64,000 bases of DNA from NCBI GenBank assembly GCA_002773855.1, contig PEZY01000005.1, positions 122,532-186,531 on the forward strand, written 5' to 3'. The notes beneath the pieces were generated by a model. That model made no database searches. It saw only the letters and a program-made list of their open reading frames with translations, and was not told where the DNA came from. The position numbers and the translations under genes are program-made. Source of the DNA: Candidatus Buchananbacteria bacterium CG10_big_fil_rev_8_21_14_0_10_33_19 (GTDB lineage: Bacteria > Patescibacteriota > Patescibacteriia > 2-01-FULL-39-33). This document shows positions 18,879-32,100 of the stretch, in pieces (within the stretch, counting starts at the first letter, position 1; each line of letters starts with the position of its first letter).

Positions 18879-20777
18879 TTATTCTTGAGATAAAGATTCC
18901 TCAAATTCCTTTTTAGCTTCTTCGATTTCTAATAACTGTCTAGGATCAGAAGTAATCAATTGGTCTTCTGAATAAGAAGCTACCACCTTAATAGCCGCAT
19001 GTTTAGCTCCAGCAAAAAATATACCCTCACCTACACCACACTCTAATAATAAATATTTTTCACCCTCTGTTAATAAAAATGTTTTTTGGATTAAATCCAC
19101 TGCAGCTGGTGACTGTTTCATCAATAATTGAAGTGATGAGTTATTAACAATAGCTTGACCATAAGGCGAAGTTAAAAAATCATTAACATCCTGAGTAATA
19201 GTCGTTACACCTAAATAATATTTTCGACATCTTTTAACTAGAGCGAATATAAACTTAGCACTATCTTCTCTTTGCATTAACCACCAAGCCTCATCAACAA
19301 CTAATATTCTCTTTTTAAGTTCACTTCTTACTACATTCCAAACATAATTAACAATCGTATAAATTGCTAGTGGCTTTAATTCATCCTCTAAATCTCTCAC
19401 GCTAAAAGCTACTAATTTATTGTTCATCTGAACATTAGTTGGATTGTTCAATAAGCCGGCAAATGTACCTTCAGTATATTTTTTTAATCTTAAAACTATG
19501 TTTTCACCATTTTCCATGCCTTCTAAAATTTCCTGAAAATCCTGCATAACTGGTGGCTCAACTCTAGTTAAATCAGCTGAAGCGGTAATATCTTTTTTGG
19601 CATAAGTCTCTAGTAGCGCTCGATCAATAATCGAATCTTCTTCTGGAGTAATATCACCAATCATTAATTTAATTAAGCCCTTTACAGTAATTACACCGCC
19701 TCTAATAATATCATCGGCTTTAGCATCTTCGCCAATTGATCTTGGCAAATCAAAAGGATTAATTTTACTTTCGGAGTTTAGTGACACGTCAATATAGGTT
19801 CCGCCAACAGCATCACAAAGATGTTTATATTCTCTTTCTGGGTCGATAATAATAACCTCTGTACCAAACATCAAGCTTCGCAGCACTTCTAATTTAATAG
19901 TGTAAGATTTACCAGCGCCAGAAGTTGCAAAAACTACAGAATTAGCATTTTGCAAAGAAAACCTGTCAAACAAAATTAAACTATTATTATGACGATTAAT
20001 ACCAAACAACACACCACCATCAGAAGTTAAATCAGAAGACACAAACGGAAAAGAACTAGCCGCTGGTGAAGTATTCATATTAGTCAAAATTTGTAAATCA
20101 TCAGAAGCAATCGGCAATGTAGAATTAAAGCCCTGTTCTGCCTGATAAAACACTCTCCTAGAATAAACTAATGTTGAACCTAGTATATTTTCTATGTTCT
20201 CACAAGAAGTGTCTAATTCTTCTAAGCTCTTACCGTAAACTGTGATGTACATAGCTGTTTGGAAAAAATGTTCCACACCTTGAGTTAAATCATCTCTTAA
20301 TTTTTCCATATCTCGTAGTGCCGTTTCTCGCAGTGGATCACGTGGAGCCCCTTTTTCCGCATCAGAAATTAATCCAGCCTGTAGAGCACCAACCTTCTTC
20401 TTTAATTGTTTTAAAATAACTGAAGCCTTAACCGGATAAAAGTAAATAGCAATATCAGCAGTAGTATCCATATTAATAATCGGCGCAAACCAACCAACAT
20501 TAATATATCTTGGATACTCAATCACAAATATAGTTTTAATAAAATAATCACCCAATTTAATATACGAACTAGTTACCTCCAGTGAGGCCGGCGAAATTAA
20601 ATCTCGAACAGAGACAACCCCTTGACGATAAACACGCTCTTCTTCCAAGATTTTACGACTATCACCAATATCCTGAACCATCATCGCTTTTCTTTGCTGG
20701 GCGTTTAAAGCTTGGGCTTTTTCCTGTTCTAATTGTTTTATTTTATCAACTTGATTTAACTGATTCGGATCAAACAT
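18879..20777 (-). CDS. VirB4/TrbE/CagE-family type IV secretion ATPase
   Basis: Walker A FATSGAGKS, Walker B-like ILVVDEAWWLM (the DEAW motif typical of VirB4), 632 aa. Confidence 0.7.
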   Translation of the reverse strand: MFDPNQLNQVDKIKQLEQEKAQALNAQQRKAMMVQDIGDSRKILEEERVYRQGVVSVRDLISPASLEVTSSYIKLGDYFIKTIFVIEYPRYINVGWFAPIINMDTTADIAIYFYPVKASVILKQLKKKVGALQAGLISDAEKGAPRDPLRETALRDMEKLRDDLTQGVEHFFQTAMYITVYGKSLEELDTSCENIENILGSTLVYSRRVFYQAEQGFNSTLPIASDDLQILTNMNTSPAASSFPFVSSDLTSDGGVLFGINRHNNSLILFDRFSLQNANSVVFATSGAGKSYTIKLEVLRSLMFGTEVIIIDPEREYKHLCDAVGGTYIDVSLNSESKINPFDLPRSIGEDAKADDIIRGGVITVKGLIKLMIGDITPEEDSIIDRALLETYAKKDITASADLTRVEPPVMQDFQEILEGMENGENIVLRLKKYTEGTFAGLLNNPTNVQMNNKLVAFSVRDLEDELKPLAIYTIVNYVWNVVRSELKKRILVVDEAWWLMQREDSAKFIFALVKRCRKYYLGVTTITQDVNDFLTSPYGQAIVNNSSLQLLMKQSPAAVDLIQKTFLLTEGEKYLLLECGVGEGIFFAGAKHAAIKVVASYSEDQLITSDPRQLLEIEEAKKEFEESLSQE

Positions 20778-20789
20778 AAATAAAATTTA

Positions 20790-21467
20790 TTAATATTGTT
20801 CAATATCTAATTTATTAACATCAGACATTTTTTGATTTTCAGACATTACTGGATTGTAGGTATTATAAAACAATTCAATAAGTGATTGGGTATTTAAAAT
20901 TGACGCCCTCAGACCCATACTAGACAAGCCAGAAACTATTTTATCAACACCAATAAATAAATCCTTATGGCGCTTAGCAAATTCTCTTTGATTTAACTTA
21001 ATTAACGTTGTTGGTGACACTATATCACTACTTCTCTGCCAAAAATTTCTTTTCTTGCCAAATGATGGATTATAATAAACTACTACATAGAATCTTTTGG
21101 TCATAATATCACCCAATTCTACTAATTCAGAAATATATTTACGATATTCAGCTGTTTGTAATTTTAACAGATCATTGGTCTGTTCTTGCTCAGCTTTTTT
21201 AATATCTAACAAATAATTATCTAAATTTAATTTTCTAGACTGAATCACAATTTGTAATGTAGTATCTAAAGAATTTAAAAATGACACGTAGCCAGATATA
21301 ATGGCATTTTGTTCGTCTTCTGATTTAAGGGCAAAATTAATACTCGACACTAAAAGCACAGCTCTAAGTGTACCGTCTTTCATTACTACACTATCATCTC
21401 TAACCTCTGAAATAGTCATATAACTTTGAGTACTGGGTGTTGATTTTGTTGCTTTTCTATCCGCCAT
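20790..21467 (-). CDS. Hypothetical protein in the T4SS-like operon (225 aa)
   Basis: ORF tightly packed between VirB4 and a small membrane protein. No domain recognised. Confidence 0.45.
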   Translation of the reverse strand: MADRKATKSTPSTQSYMTISEVRDDSVVMKDGTLRAVLLVSSINFALKSEDEQNAIISGYVSFLNSLDTTLQIVIQSRKLNLDNYLLDIKKAEQEQTNDLLKLQTAEYRKYISELVELGDIMTKRFYVVVYYNPSFGKKRNFWQRSSDIVSPTTLIKLNQREFAKRHKDLFIGVDKIVSGLSSMGLRASILNTQSLIELFYNTYNPVMSENQKMSDVNKLDIEQY

Positions 21468-21489
21468 AATATAATTTATACCTAGTTTA

Positions 21490-21948
21490 TTATTTTAAAT
21501 CATTTATCGAATTAATTATACCCTCACCCTGATAAACGCCGCCAGTATCCACAATTAATGATAGCTCCGATAAATTTGAGGCATTAATAATCTGTCTTTT
21601 AATTTTGGGTACTACTATATTTACTTCTACTGGTTTTTTTAAGCTTAATTTAAGATCTTTTTCATTAACCACTTTTCGCCAAATCTTTAATTTGGGATTT
21701 TTTAAAGTAGCTATAAAATTAAGTAAAAAGTTATGAAAAGGCTGACCATTAATTTTAGCAAAAGCCACGATCATAGTTAAAGCAAACATCAAAAAACCAG
21801 ATACCACAAATGACGAAAAATAAAAAGATTTATAAAAGATAAAAATAATTATCGAACCAATTAAAATTTCAATAAACTGACGAACAGTAATTGGTCCAAT
21901 TATCTTATCTTCAACGTCCAAAAATTGTGGCACGGTTATTTGTTCCAT
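21490..21948 (-). CDS. Small two-TM membrane protein (VirB3/PrgI-like position immediately upstream of the VirB4 module)
   Basis: 152 aa with two adjacent hydrophobic helices. Gene order comparable to VirB3-VirB4 in T4SS loci; the similarity is positional only. Confidence 0.35.
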   Translation of the reverse strand: MEQITVPQFLDVEDKIIGPITVRQFIEILIGSIIIFIFYKSFYFSSFVVSGFLMFALTMIVAFAKINGQPFHNFLLNFIATLKNPKLKIWRKVVNEKDLKLSLKKPVEVNIVVPKIKRQIINASNLSELSLIVDTGGVYQGEGIINSINDLK

Positions 21949-21950
21949 TT

Positions 21951-23480
21951 TTAATACCTTAAATCTTTATTTAATTCCATCACCGAGTTAAATTCTTCTA
22001 TAGATAACGTAGGCTTACCATCTTGCATTCTTTCATTAATTATATCATCAATACCCCTTTCTTGTCGCATACTTTCTTGACCTAACAACCTGTAAAACCG
22101 ATTTACCTCGCTTTTATGCCAAGCATCTATGCCCTCCAATCTCTTAGCGTAAGAATCATTTTCTAATAGTTCTATCTTTTGCTTGATTTTAGCCGTAGCT
22201 TTGTGTGGTGTTTCACCAAGTCGTCTAAAATTAATCAAAGTCATAGTACTTAATTCTTCTATCGGCCCAACTAGAGCTCCACCGACTAAAACACCATCAA
22301 CTAATTTTTTACCAAACCTAATATTTTTTGGTGGTAAGCTAGACTGAGGCATTGGCTGTGGCTGTGGTACTGGTATGTTTTGCTTAATTTCTGGCTGAAC
22401 TGCTTTTAATTCAGTAACTACTGGTGATTTTGGTGTTTCTACTTTTTTAACCGAAGTAAACTTATCATGATTTAAATCAGTATTTAAATCATGATTTATT
22501 TTTGGAAATAAATTATTATTATCTAAATTAACCATTTTAGGCTTGACCATCAAATCATCACCATGAGGAAATTTAATAACCGGCAAACCATCCTCTTCTT
22601 CAATTATTAATTCAGTATGAATGGGTTGTTGCTTGATCGGTTTTTCGATAGTTTTTTCTATCACCATCTCTTCTACCTTTTTCGGCAGACTAATCGGTTG
22701 TTTGTTATCAATAGTTTTTTTAACATCCAAGCTAATTTTACCACGGGTAAATGGTTTTTTAGTCGGAAAAGAAATTGGTTTAACTCCATTTAAATCGCTA
22801 CCAATCTTAGACAATAAACCCTGATCAATTTTAGATTTAGCTAAGGCCACTATTTTTTTAGCCTGCTGGTCATCCATTTCTAAGCCACCAATTTTACGAC
22901 TCTTTTTTAAAGCTTCAATAGTTTCTATTTCATCTCTAATATCCTTTAATCTAGCGATAATGATATTTTTTAAACGACTAAACATTACTTCGTCACCATC
23001 CAAACTATAACCAGATTCTGATATTATTAACTCGGCCAAAGTAGTATAATCATAAACTTTAGCTGATGAATCAATATTAGAAATTATTTGCTTAATTTCT
23101 TCGTCATCGTCAGGAGAAAATGAAATAGAAGTATTTAAATTACTATCATTTTTTGGCAACTCAGTTTTTATTTCACTAGCCGCTGATCTGCCAAGCTCAG
23201 CCAATGCCTCTTCAACACCACTTATTCTATCCTTGATTGGTAATAACCTTTTTTCAATAGCGCTAATAGTAATTTTTTTTACCATTGAATCATCTTTTCT
23301 AATAACTTTTTTCATCTCTGAATAAAAATTTTTAATGTCAGCGCTACCAATAATTATTTTAGAAATTAATTTTATAATAGCTTTCACTTCGTTATCAGTC
23401 AAAGCAAACGGCGCCAACCAAGGGTTGAGCTTTTTTAATTCGACTACATCATCAAATATATTTTGAATTTCTTCGGCCAT
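21951..23480 (-). CDS. Hypothetical protein, Pro/Lys-rich central region (509 aa). T4SS-like operon member.
   Basis: Long ORF, no domain recognised. Low-complexity P/Q/K-rich linker. Confidence 0.45.
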   Translation of the reverse strand: MAEEIQNIFDDVVELKKLNPWLAPFALTDNEVKAIIKLISKIIIGSADIKNFYSEMKKVIRKDDSMVKKITISAIEKRLLPIKDRISGVEEALAELGRSAASEIKTELPKNDSNLNTSISFSPDDDEEIKQIISNIDSSAKVYDYTTLAELIISESGYSLDGDEVMFSRLKNIIIARLKDIRDEIETIEALKKSRKIGGLEMDDQQAKKIVALAKSKIDQGLLSKIGSDLNGVKPISFPTKKPFTRGKISLDVKKTIDNKQPISLPKKVEEMVIEKTIEKPIKQQPIHTELIIEEEDGLPVIKFPHGDDLMVKPKMVNLDNNNLFPKINHDLNTDLNHDKFTSVKKVETPKSPVVTELKAVQPEIKQNIPVPQPQPMPQSSLPPKNIRFGKKLVDGVLVGGALVGPIEELSTMTLINFRRLGETPHKATAKIKQKIELLENDSYAKRLEGIDAWHKSEVNRFYRLLGQESMRQERGIDDIINERMQDGKPTLSIEEFNSVMELNKDLRY

Positions 23481-23483
23481 GAT

Positions 23484-26126
23484 TTAAGTTATATCTTTTA
23501 ATTTATCATATTTCTTAGCCAATTCACTATTAGCTGGTAAACCTGCCTTTAAGCCTTCCAGTTCATCAACTATAGGCTTAACTAATAAACTACCATCTGT
23601 TGAAGCACTCAATCCCTTAATAACATTGGTGTCCAAATTTTCAGCGGCCATTCTTGTCTGTATTGTACTTTGAGTAAGATTTTTCATACTCTCCACATCT
23701 TTAACCGTAGACGTTGACATAATATCCTTTAATATTTGCCTTTTATTGTTATTTAACAATTTCTTTCCGGTTGGATCACTTGGATCAGTAGTCTCGTCTA
23801 TGCTACTTTCTTTAAATTTAGCGCCAGACATCAAAGCGTTCTTAATTTTAGCCCGTTGTTGTTCATTATTTTGTGGCGAAATATCAGTTTCTTCTATCTT
23901 ATTAATCACTGCTTCAAAACTCTTTTTTAACTTCTCTTGAATAGCTGGAGCTTGATCCTTAAACTGACTAGGCTTTATCAAATCACCAAAACTATCTACA
24001 AACTCTTCACTAACTTCTTTCATCTTCTTACCAATATCATTGCCATTATTAGACACAAAGGTTCTAATTGATTCCACATCTTCCTGGCTATTCTCGTCAA
24101 ATGTCTGCATGATATTATTAAAGTTGGTAACCTTATTAAATTTATCACGCTTCTTCTTGCCAGCATCAGTAATTTCTACTTTGCCAGTGTCTGGATTCTC
24201 TTTCTTTTTAAAACTCTCATGAGAAATATTGTCTTTATTCCAAATTTTTTCTCTAGATTCTTTTGATAAATTACCATTCATTTCACCCAAATCCTTCTCA
24301 CTAACATTTTCTAGCAAGAAATCAGCAATATTAATATTTTTATCTTTAAGTAATGACTTATTTAAATCAGCAATCTGCTCACTAGACAGCGCTGGAATCA
24401 TTTCATGAGCCTTGACCTTGCCAGTCTTAACATCTGAAACAAAAGCATCTGTTCTAAATTCTCCCTTATCATTTTTATAAACAGTATCATGGGCCAAGCC
24501 TGGATTATACTTCTTAGTATTTTCTTCAAAAGTAGAGGCTAATTCTGGTGGCAACATCTTCTTAGCATTATTAATCATCTTAATATTTTCATCTCGATTA
24601 ACCTTATCATCATCTCTAAACATACCTTGCTTCATCATCGCCTGAGTAGCCGCAATCTTGGCATATTTATCACCTTCCAAGGCTAATTTTCTTAATTCAC
24701 TCTCACTCTTGCCACCCAAATCCAAAGCCCCACTTCGTGCCGTAATCTTTTCTTGTTCCGCTTTAGCTTTGGTAGTAGCCAATTGAACCTTTCTTTGGTC
24801 AACTGCCTTACCAGCCATCGTACCTACGATTGGAATTCGTCTAGCCCCTGGAATAGCCGTTGCACCCCTTAAAGCCCCAGCACCAACAAGTCCAGCTGTG
24901 CCAAGAGTAGCCTTTTTACCCCATTTTTGTAAATTAGATACACCCTTGCCAGCCCACTCTCCACCCTTAACGCCAGTCTTTTGACCAGCAACTAAACTAC
25001 CCACCATTAAACCAATAATAATTAAAAAATCAAAGAATTTTACTGGGCTGTTTTGTAAATTAGTTAAACCTAATTTATCACCTAATAATTGTTCATCTAA
25101 TCGGACATTATCTTGCAATTGAAGACTTCCGGTTTCTGTAGTCACAGAAGCATTACCACTAGCACTGCTAGCATTATCAATATTAATAGAGCCACTAAAA
25201 AACGATAGATAAAGGAAAAATAACATCACCGGACCGACGACTAAATATTTAGCTAATTCACTCCACCACATCCCAGCATATTGTTGACCCTTAGGAAAAG
25301 TAGTTAGCAGAAAAGCGAGCGGCGATAAAATCACCAAGAACCATAACATCACAATTCTATACACTAAGACTATAGTAATCATCGCCATTACCACCACTGC
25401 TACTACTGATAATATCAAAGCAAAAAGTAAAGTTTTTAAAACCTCAGCTCCATTTAGTCCTCCACCGGGCAATGGATCAGTAAAATCTAAACCTGTTGTA
25501 TCTATGCGATACAAATTTTGTAAGCCTAAGGCTAACAAAATAATATTACCACCCTCACTAGTGCCCTTAATTGCTCCGGCCAACCACAAGGTAATGACCT
25601 GCGAAAAATCAATCAACACACCAGTAAAAACCTTAGAAAAATTAATCAAAACCGCCATCACTAGTAATTTTGGTAACAACTGACGATTATAATTTGGCAC
25701 TCTAAGTATAGTGCCCACGGCAATTACCAGTAAAATCACAATAAAAAAGTTATTAGCCACATCTCGCACAATACTCCAACCGTTTTTAACCACCTGAGTA
25801 TCCAAAAAATGATTGTAACTAGCCACATAGACCATTACACGAACAATTATATTAACCAACCAACTAAAAAAAGTAGCGATGTAAAACACAATCCAAGCTA
25901 AGACGTTAACAATGGAGTTTTCGGTACTGTCTGATTTATTTTGATCAATCGATGTAGCATCTGGTGGTGCACCATTTAAAGTTTGAGACAAAGCTTCTCG
26001 ATTAAACGAAACCTCGTCAGAAGTTTCAACAGCGCTTACATTATCAATAAACCCCAAAACCCCCACCACCAAAAAAGTAATTAGAATCAGAAGGCTAATC
26101 AGTTTTTTATTTTTTAAAATCATCAC
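23484..26126 (-). CDS. VirB6/TrbL-like polytopic membrane protein with a long charged C-terminal extension (880 aa)
   Basis: About 8 hydrophobic helices in the first ~400 aa, a Gly-rich segment, then a hydrophilic K/E-rich tail. Located next to VirB4. Confidence 0.5.
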   Translation of the reverse strand: MMILKNKKLISLLILITFLVVGVLGFIDNVSAVETSDEVSFNREALSQTLNGAPPDATSIDQNKSDSTENSIVNVLAWIVFYIATFFSWLVNIIVRVMVYVASYNHFLDTQVVKNGWSIVRDVANNFFIVILLVIAVGTILRVPNYNRQLLPKLLVMAVLINFSKVFTGVLIDFSQVITLWLAGAIKGTSEGGNIILLALGLQNLYRIDTTGLDFTDPLPGGGLNGAEVLKTLLFALILSVVAVVVMAMITIVLVYRIVMLWFLVILSPLAFLLTTFPKGQQYAGMWWSELAKYLVVGPVMLFFLYLSFFSGSINIDNASSASGNASVTTETGSLQLQDNVRLDEQLLGDKLGLTNLQNSPVKFFDFLIIIGLMVGSLVAGQKTGVKGGEWAGKGVSNLQKWGKKATLGTAGLVGAGALRGATAIPGARRIPIVGTMAGKAVDQRKVQLATTKAKAEQEKITARSGALDLGGKSESELRKLALEGDKYAKIAATQAMMKQGMFRDDDKVNRDENIKMINNAKKMLPPELASTFEENTKKYNPGLAHDTVYKNDKGEFRTDAFVSDVKTGKVKAHEMIPALSSEQIADLNKSLLKDKNINIADFLLENVSEKDLGEMNGNLSKESREKIWNKDNISHESFKKKENPDTGKVEITDAGKKKRDKFNKVTNFNNIMQTFDENSQEDVESIRTFVSNNGNDIGKKMKEVSEEFVDSFGDLIKPSQFKDQAPAIQEKLKKSFEAVINKIEETDISPQNNEQQRAKIKNALMSGAKFKESSIDETTDPSDPTGKKLLNNNKRQILKDIMSTSTVKDVESMKNLTQSTIQTRMAAENLDTNVIKGLSASTDGSLLVKPIVDELEGLKAGLPANSELAKKYDKLKDIT

Positions 26127-26147
26127 TTATTATTAAATTTGGTCTAA

Positions 26148-29100
26148 TTAATTTTTGTTAACATCCAGCCTAATACTGTCTTCCGATGTATTATAATAAT
26201 TCCAATTATCATACACCTTAATATCTACTTTTATTTTACAGCTATCTTTAGTACAACAAGGAATATTAGTAGCTCCGGCATTACAAGTTGTTGGTGTAAC
26301 ACTTTTTACCTTCCAAAAATCAAACAAATGATACAGTAAAAATGGATTTTCAATATTGGTTCTATTTCTTAGCGATACCCCGCTCACCTTAGAATGTTCA
26401 CCATCACCCCACTTAATAGTGTACGCGGTAATTGGTAACTGATCAGGATCAATCTGAGTAGAAAAAGCTAGTTTGGCCAAGCCCACACCTCTATTAATAA
26501 CTGGCGTTACTGGCTCGGTCGAATTCACATTATTTATTTTAATCTCTTTAACTAAAGGATTAATATGACAAGGCTGATTAGAAGAAGCGTCCCTAGTGGC
26601 TTCATTACAAATATTTAGAGGTACGGTTAAATAACTAGTAGTTAGATCTTCTCGTTCAATATAACTACCACCTCTTTCAGTATCTGGAGTTTGACAAGGT
26701 GATGTGGGGGTTTGAGCCGCTGTATCACCACAAACATTCCAACGCCACCACCACTCGCCATAGCTTTGAGCAAATAATTGCTCTAAACCTTTTTGGGTAT
26801 GCAGTTCACCCATTCGAGCCTGGTATGGTGCTTGAAAACCGCCTAATCTTGGTGGCTCATAAAGCAATGGGGTGTTATATATACCCTCTCGACTACTCCA
26901 ATTAGAAGGGTTTGAACTACCAGGTGGCGATACCAAAGCACCAAACGGTTGATAATCTGAAGACTGATACTCTTTATTTTGTGTCGCTGCATCTAAAAAT
27001 TTATTGTAATCAAACGGATCATAATAATAATAACTGCCATCTATTAAATCAACACCATCAATCCATTCACTAAGCGGAGCATCTGGTTTAGCATTTCTAT
27101 CAATATTAATATAACCAGAACCCTTAGCTACTCGATTAGCATAGGCTTTATTTTCACCAGAAGTATTAACCACTCGCACTAAATTATCACAATAACCAAC
27201 ATCAAAATTTCCACTGACATTCATAGTTATACCAATAACATCAGCTTCGGCAGTAGAGCGGACAAACCAAGCCGCACCTAAAATATCACCTGGTAAATCC
27301 GGAATTGGGTCAGAAACTCCACTACCTGTAATACTATCAGATTGACTATCATCAATAATTTTTAGACCCATTAGTGGTCCAAAAGCTAATGTGCCATTAG
27401 AAAATTTCGAATTATATGTCGCTGTTAGGCCAGCTATCACTTCACCATAATTTTTAGTGGCATCGTCCCAATTTAATTCCACAGCAAAACATACTGCAAC
27501 ACCAAAGTCTCCGGCATCAATTAATTTTCCACAAACAGGTATTGCCCCCCAACTACCCCATTCTTTTTTTGTAGTATCATATTTAAATGTCAAATTAACT
27601 GGAATCATAGCATATATCGTATTGTCTTTAGTATAACCAATACCAGAAACTCTTGTTTTTATCTCCTTCACATAAGGATACCTAAACAAAGGTCTAAAAT
27701 CATCTTTAATTTTAAACGAGGAAAAATTCATTTGTGTGCCAGTATTTGTATCTACAAATCCAGCCACCACCTCTTTGGCATCAGAACTTAAGGTTAAAGC
27801 ATAGCCAAATTCAGAAAAACTAACATTAAAACTTTTCTTATCAACACAATAATCCAATGGTACTCTATCATTATAACCACCCACTTCATTTAAAACTTCA
27901 CCTTCTAATTGGTCTACCGGCCACCACTGTAAACATTGTTTAGAATTAGCTGGATCCACTAATAAGCAATAACCGTAGTTACCATAAAATAAATTATTAC
28001 CTTCTAAATACCGGCAAGACAAAGAATCCTCGGCTGGATAAATACGACAAGTTCTAGAAACGTATTTTTCTGTTGGCACTGTGCTATCACTTACTTCTAA
28101 AACCGGCTTAAGAGATATATCATCAAATAAAGCCACGCCACCCAATTCACATGGAGTTAATTTATTATTATCATCACAAACATTACAACTACTTTTGTTA
28201 TTAGCGTTAGCACAAGCCGAAGCTGGGTTTGATAAATTCGATAAATTAATATAATTCTTTAATTTAATTTGGATCTTATCGGTATTAGGCAAAGACGTAA
28301 ATTCATAAATTTTCTTGGTCCAAGGTAAACCAGAATCTAGCGATAATTCACTTTTAATTTCCCAGTTACCCCAACCACCATTTTTATTATGCTGACGGTA
28401 CTGGATTTGAGATTTAATAATTTTGGATTTATCAGAATAATTTAAACCAGCGGAATTAATCCAACCAGATAAAATATATGTACTATCACTAAAGACATCA
28501 ATTTCTTCTGATAGAGCTTCATAGAATGAATTGACTATCAAATATCTAGACCCATCTGGACTACCGATAACATCTTTGGCTACAACGAATTCATAATCCT
28601 GCCAACCACTGGTTTCTGATTTGTAAGTAGCTGTATCTAATCCCGGTGACACTGGTGACCAACCAATTGGCTCGGCCGAACTGCCAACTACTGATTCAAA
28701 ACTACCATTAGTAACATCAGCGGAATCACCATGTTGGAACATTTCATAATAAGGATAATAACCAGTAACTTTTTGATTATCGAGGAATTTATAGCCTACT
28801 GATGTATAACCAGTTTTATTAACATCTTTTAATGTATATTCTTCATTGGTTACTAAATTTGATTTTAAAATAAAGTTGGTACAAACCCCGTTTTCATCAA
28901 CTGAAGCACACAAACCCAAATTTAAACATCTGTCATTATTACCATAAATTGGATCAACATTATCTGGATCATCCTTTTCATAAGTAGTACAGTAAAGCCA
29001 ATTATAACAAGCTCGGTCTGGTTGAACTTTTAAAATCACATTAGAATCACCGGTATCTGGTGCTGTTACAAATTCAGGAGGAATCGGTTTTTGATCATTA

Positions 29101-32100
29101 TCTGCTAATTGTTTGCGGTAACTAGCGTCGGCATCAAAAGACAAATAATCAGCGTTTCTTACTTTAACATTATCTGAAGATGGATTAATAGACCCGCGAT
29201 CATTAAACAAAACACAGCCGGAATTATAATCAACTAAACCATTACAACTAGTATAATCCACTTTATTAGACAAGGCATAATATACACCAGCTTGAACCAA
29301 ACTCAATTTAGCATCAACAACGTCTTTGGTTGGTAAATTAACATTAACACTACATGGCAAGCCAGAATTATCCACAATATAAAATCGACCAGTGGCTGAT
29401 TTTGGTGATGCTACTACACTAGCGCCACCAACATTCAAACTTAAATCCGGTGAAACAATAATACCATTACAACTAGGATCAATAGTAATATAAGATTTAT
29501 TAGTCAAAGATTCATCAACAGCTAGTGAATATAGAGTATGGGCTGACAAACTGATTGTTTGGTACCAATTAGTGCCACCATCATTCCAATGATCTGGCAC
29601 AGTATCTTCATCTACATCCTGTGATGTATCGGCATTCAAAATTTCATTTTTATAAACCTCGGTTGATGGATCTATGTATTCGGTACAACTATTTTGATCA
29701 GTTGGACAAGACCCTACCCAATTTTGATAAGTAATAGCTGGGCCTGGGTTTTCATTTGGCCATTCATTTTGACTAGGCAAACCATAACTATTAAACCAAC
29801 CCACTGGTTGTAACTTTTGATCAGAAGAGCCGGTGCCAATGGTTTGTAAATAAGTTACATCACAAGGCTGATTAGTACCCTTCTTATACCACTTAGCCTG
29901 AATCTGACCAGCGTCTGTCCGGTATTCACATAATTTATCTCGTGGATTTTTAAAATAAGAGACGCTTCTACTGCCTACAAATTCTTCACACCACAAAGCA
30001 TTAGCCTGACATAAATCAGTAGCATATCTGTCTGGTTGATTTTTTAGATAAACAGTATTATAGCCAATCACTTCATCCTGATTATTAATAGTTGGTAATC
30101 CTAAAGCCGAACAACCCTTACTATCTGAACCACAAGCGAATTTAGGGTCATTCACCATATAAACATAATTATCATTTGGTACTGTAACTTCTGATTTATC
30201 TCCATCATTAAAAGTGTCGCCAAAATAAGAATTAGAGTTATAAGTATCAATCAATTGTTCGCAACCCACAGCATCAGATCGACACAAATTTTCAAAAGAT
30301 TTCAAAAACCAATTTTGACCACTGCGGTCTCGATATTCCTGACAACCAATCATCTTGCCGGGATTACTTCTGATTGGGTTGAGAGCATCGCCAGTACCAT
30401 ATGGATCGTTAAGATTGTTATCACAAGTAAACGGTGTAAACCAAGAATTTTCAATAGCGTAAACACTTTGAGGCAATTCTTTTAAAAGAATATTATCTAT
30501 GTACACGGTTTTACCGCTAGGTATATTAATTTCAATATTTTGTTCAAAGTTACCAGTATTATTACCCCAATCAATAGTGACTGGGCCTAGTTCATAGCGA
30601 TTCCAATTAATAGTTAACGGTACTGGGATATCAGCTGTTGTGATAACGTCTGGATGTCCAATCATAAATGAACTTTCAGCTGGTGCTTCAGAAAATCTAA
30701 CCGAGCTTAAACTGATATTCTCGTCAGCCTTAGCCCAAAAACTAATCGAATAATTCTTACCTCTTTGAACTAGAACAGTTTTAGTAAATTGTTTTGAGTC
30801 ATTTATTGCATTACTAATAGAATTACCACCCGGATGAGTAGCTTCGCCCACCACAGTACCGCCCTGCCAACTAGAAATACCAGATTCAAAATCAGATAAA
30901 AATATATTTTTAAAACTATTACCTTGATTACCAGTGTATTCTCGACAACCTTTTAAGTTAGCCGAACAAGTGCCACCTTGATTGGGAATCGCCATATAAA
31001 TACACTCATTAAACGAATTCCAATAACCTTGGTTATTTCGACAATCTTGGGCTGCTTCACTGTCGTCATTTTGAGTTTGAGTTCGACGATATGGATGGCA
31101 ACTATTATCAACATAAATCACCCGAGACAATAAACGATAATGAATTGTGCCATCAATGTCATAAAATTCTCGACAATCCGGATTAGAATTTAAATCGGAG
31201 GCCAGACAAGCAGCATAATTTACGTCAGGATCACTACTTGGTGCTGGATCACTACAAACATTTTCACCAGCTAAATTATTTGGATAACTAATATTAGTAC
31301 ACGGAGCACTTGAATTATTGGATTCTTTAAGTTCAAAAACCCTAAGCTGATAACCAGTCGTATCACTACCCTCCCAAGTATAATAAGTAGCTTCATCGTC
31401 ATAAGCATCTGGTTTTTGACAAGTTCGTAGCTGAGTATAATATTCTAAAGCCTCACCACCTCTATCAATTTCATCTAAATTAGTAAATTCATCACAACCA
31501 ACAGCCGCGGCTGAACAAGCTTGAATGGGATCATTATTTATAAACTGTTTATATTTTGACGAAACAAAACTAGTTGGCTCTTGTTTATATACTTGATAGC
31601 CCACACATTCAGCTGGACAAACATCGGCCGAGGTAATAGTGCCTGGCACCGCTGGGTCTCCATTAGTTGGCGTATACAGTTCGCAATTCATTTCATCTTT
31701 AATACAAACACTAGAATAGCTAGAGCAAGCCGGATTACGATTTATAATAACTTGTTGCAAGCTAGTTAAACCAGTTGGCCATTGAATACCAGGGGTTACT
31801 AAATCAGAATCATAACAATTATAATAAGCTGGCGCTTTCTTCAGATAAGCTAATTGATAATCTGGCCGCTGACTAGGATCATAAGAAGTGTAAGCCGAAG
31901 GCAAAACCACTTCTGGCAAAACTTCTTCTAATTTAACGGCGTCAAAATAAACTTCTTTCTTACCTGTACCACCACCTTGTTCGATAGTTAATTTTGGTAT
32001 CACTATCTCGTCAGCTTTATTCCACACAAAACTAGTACTAATTGTAGTCCATTTATACAAATCTGCTTCTTTAAAATATTCTGGAGTAGTATTTATCGTC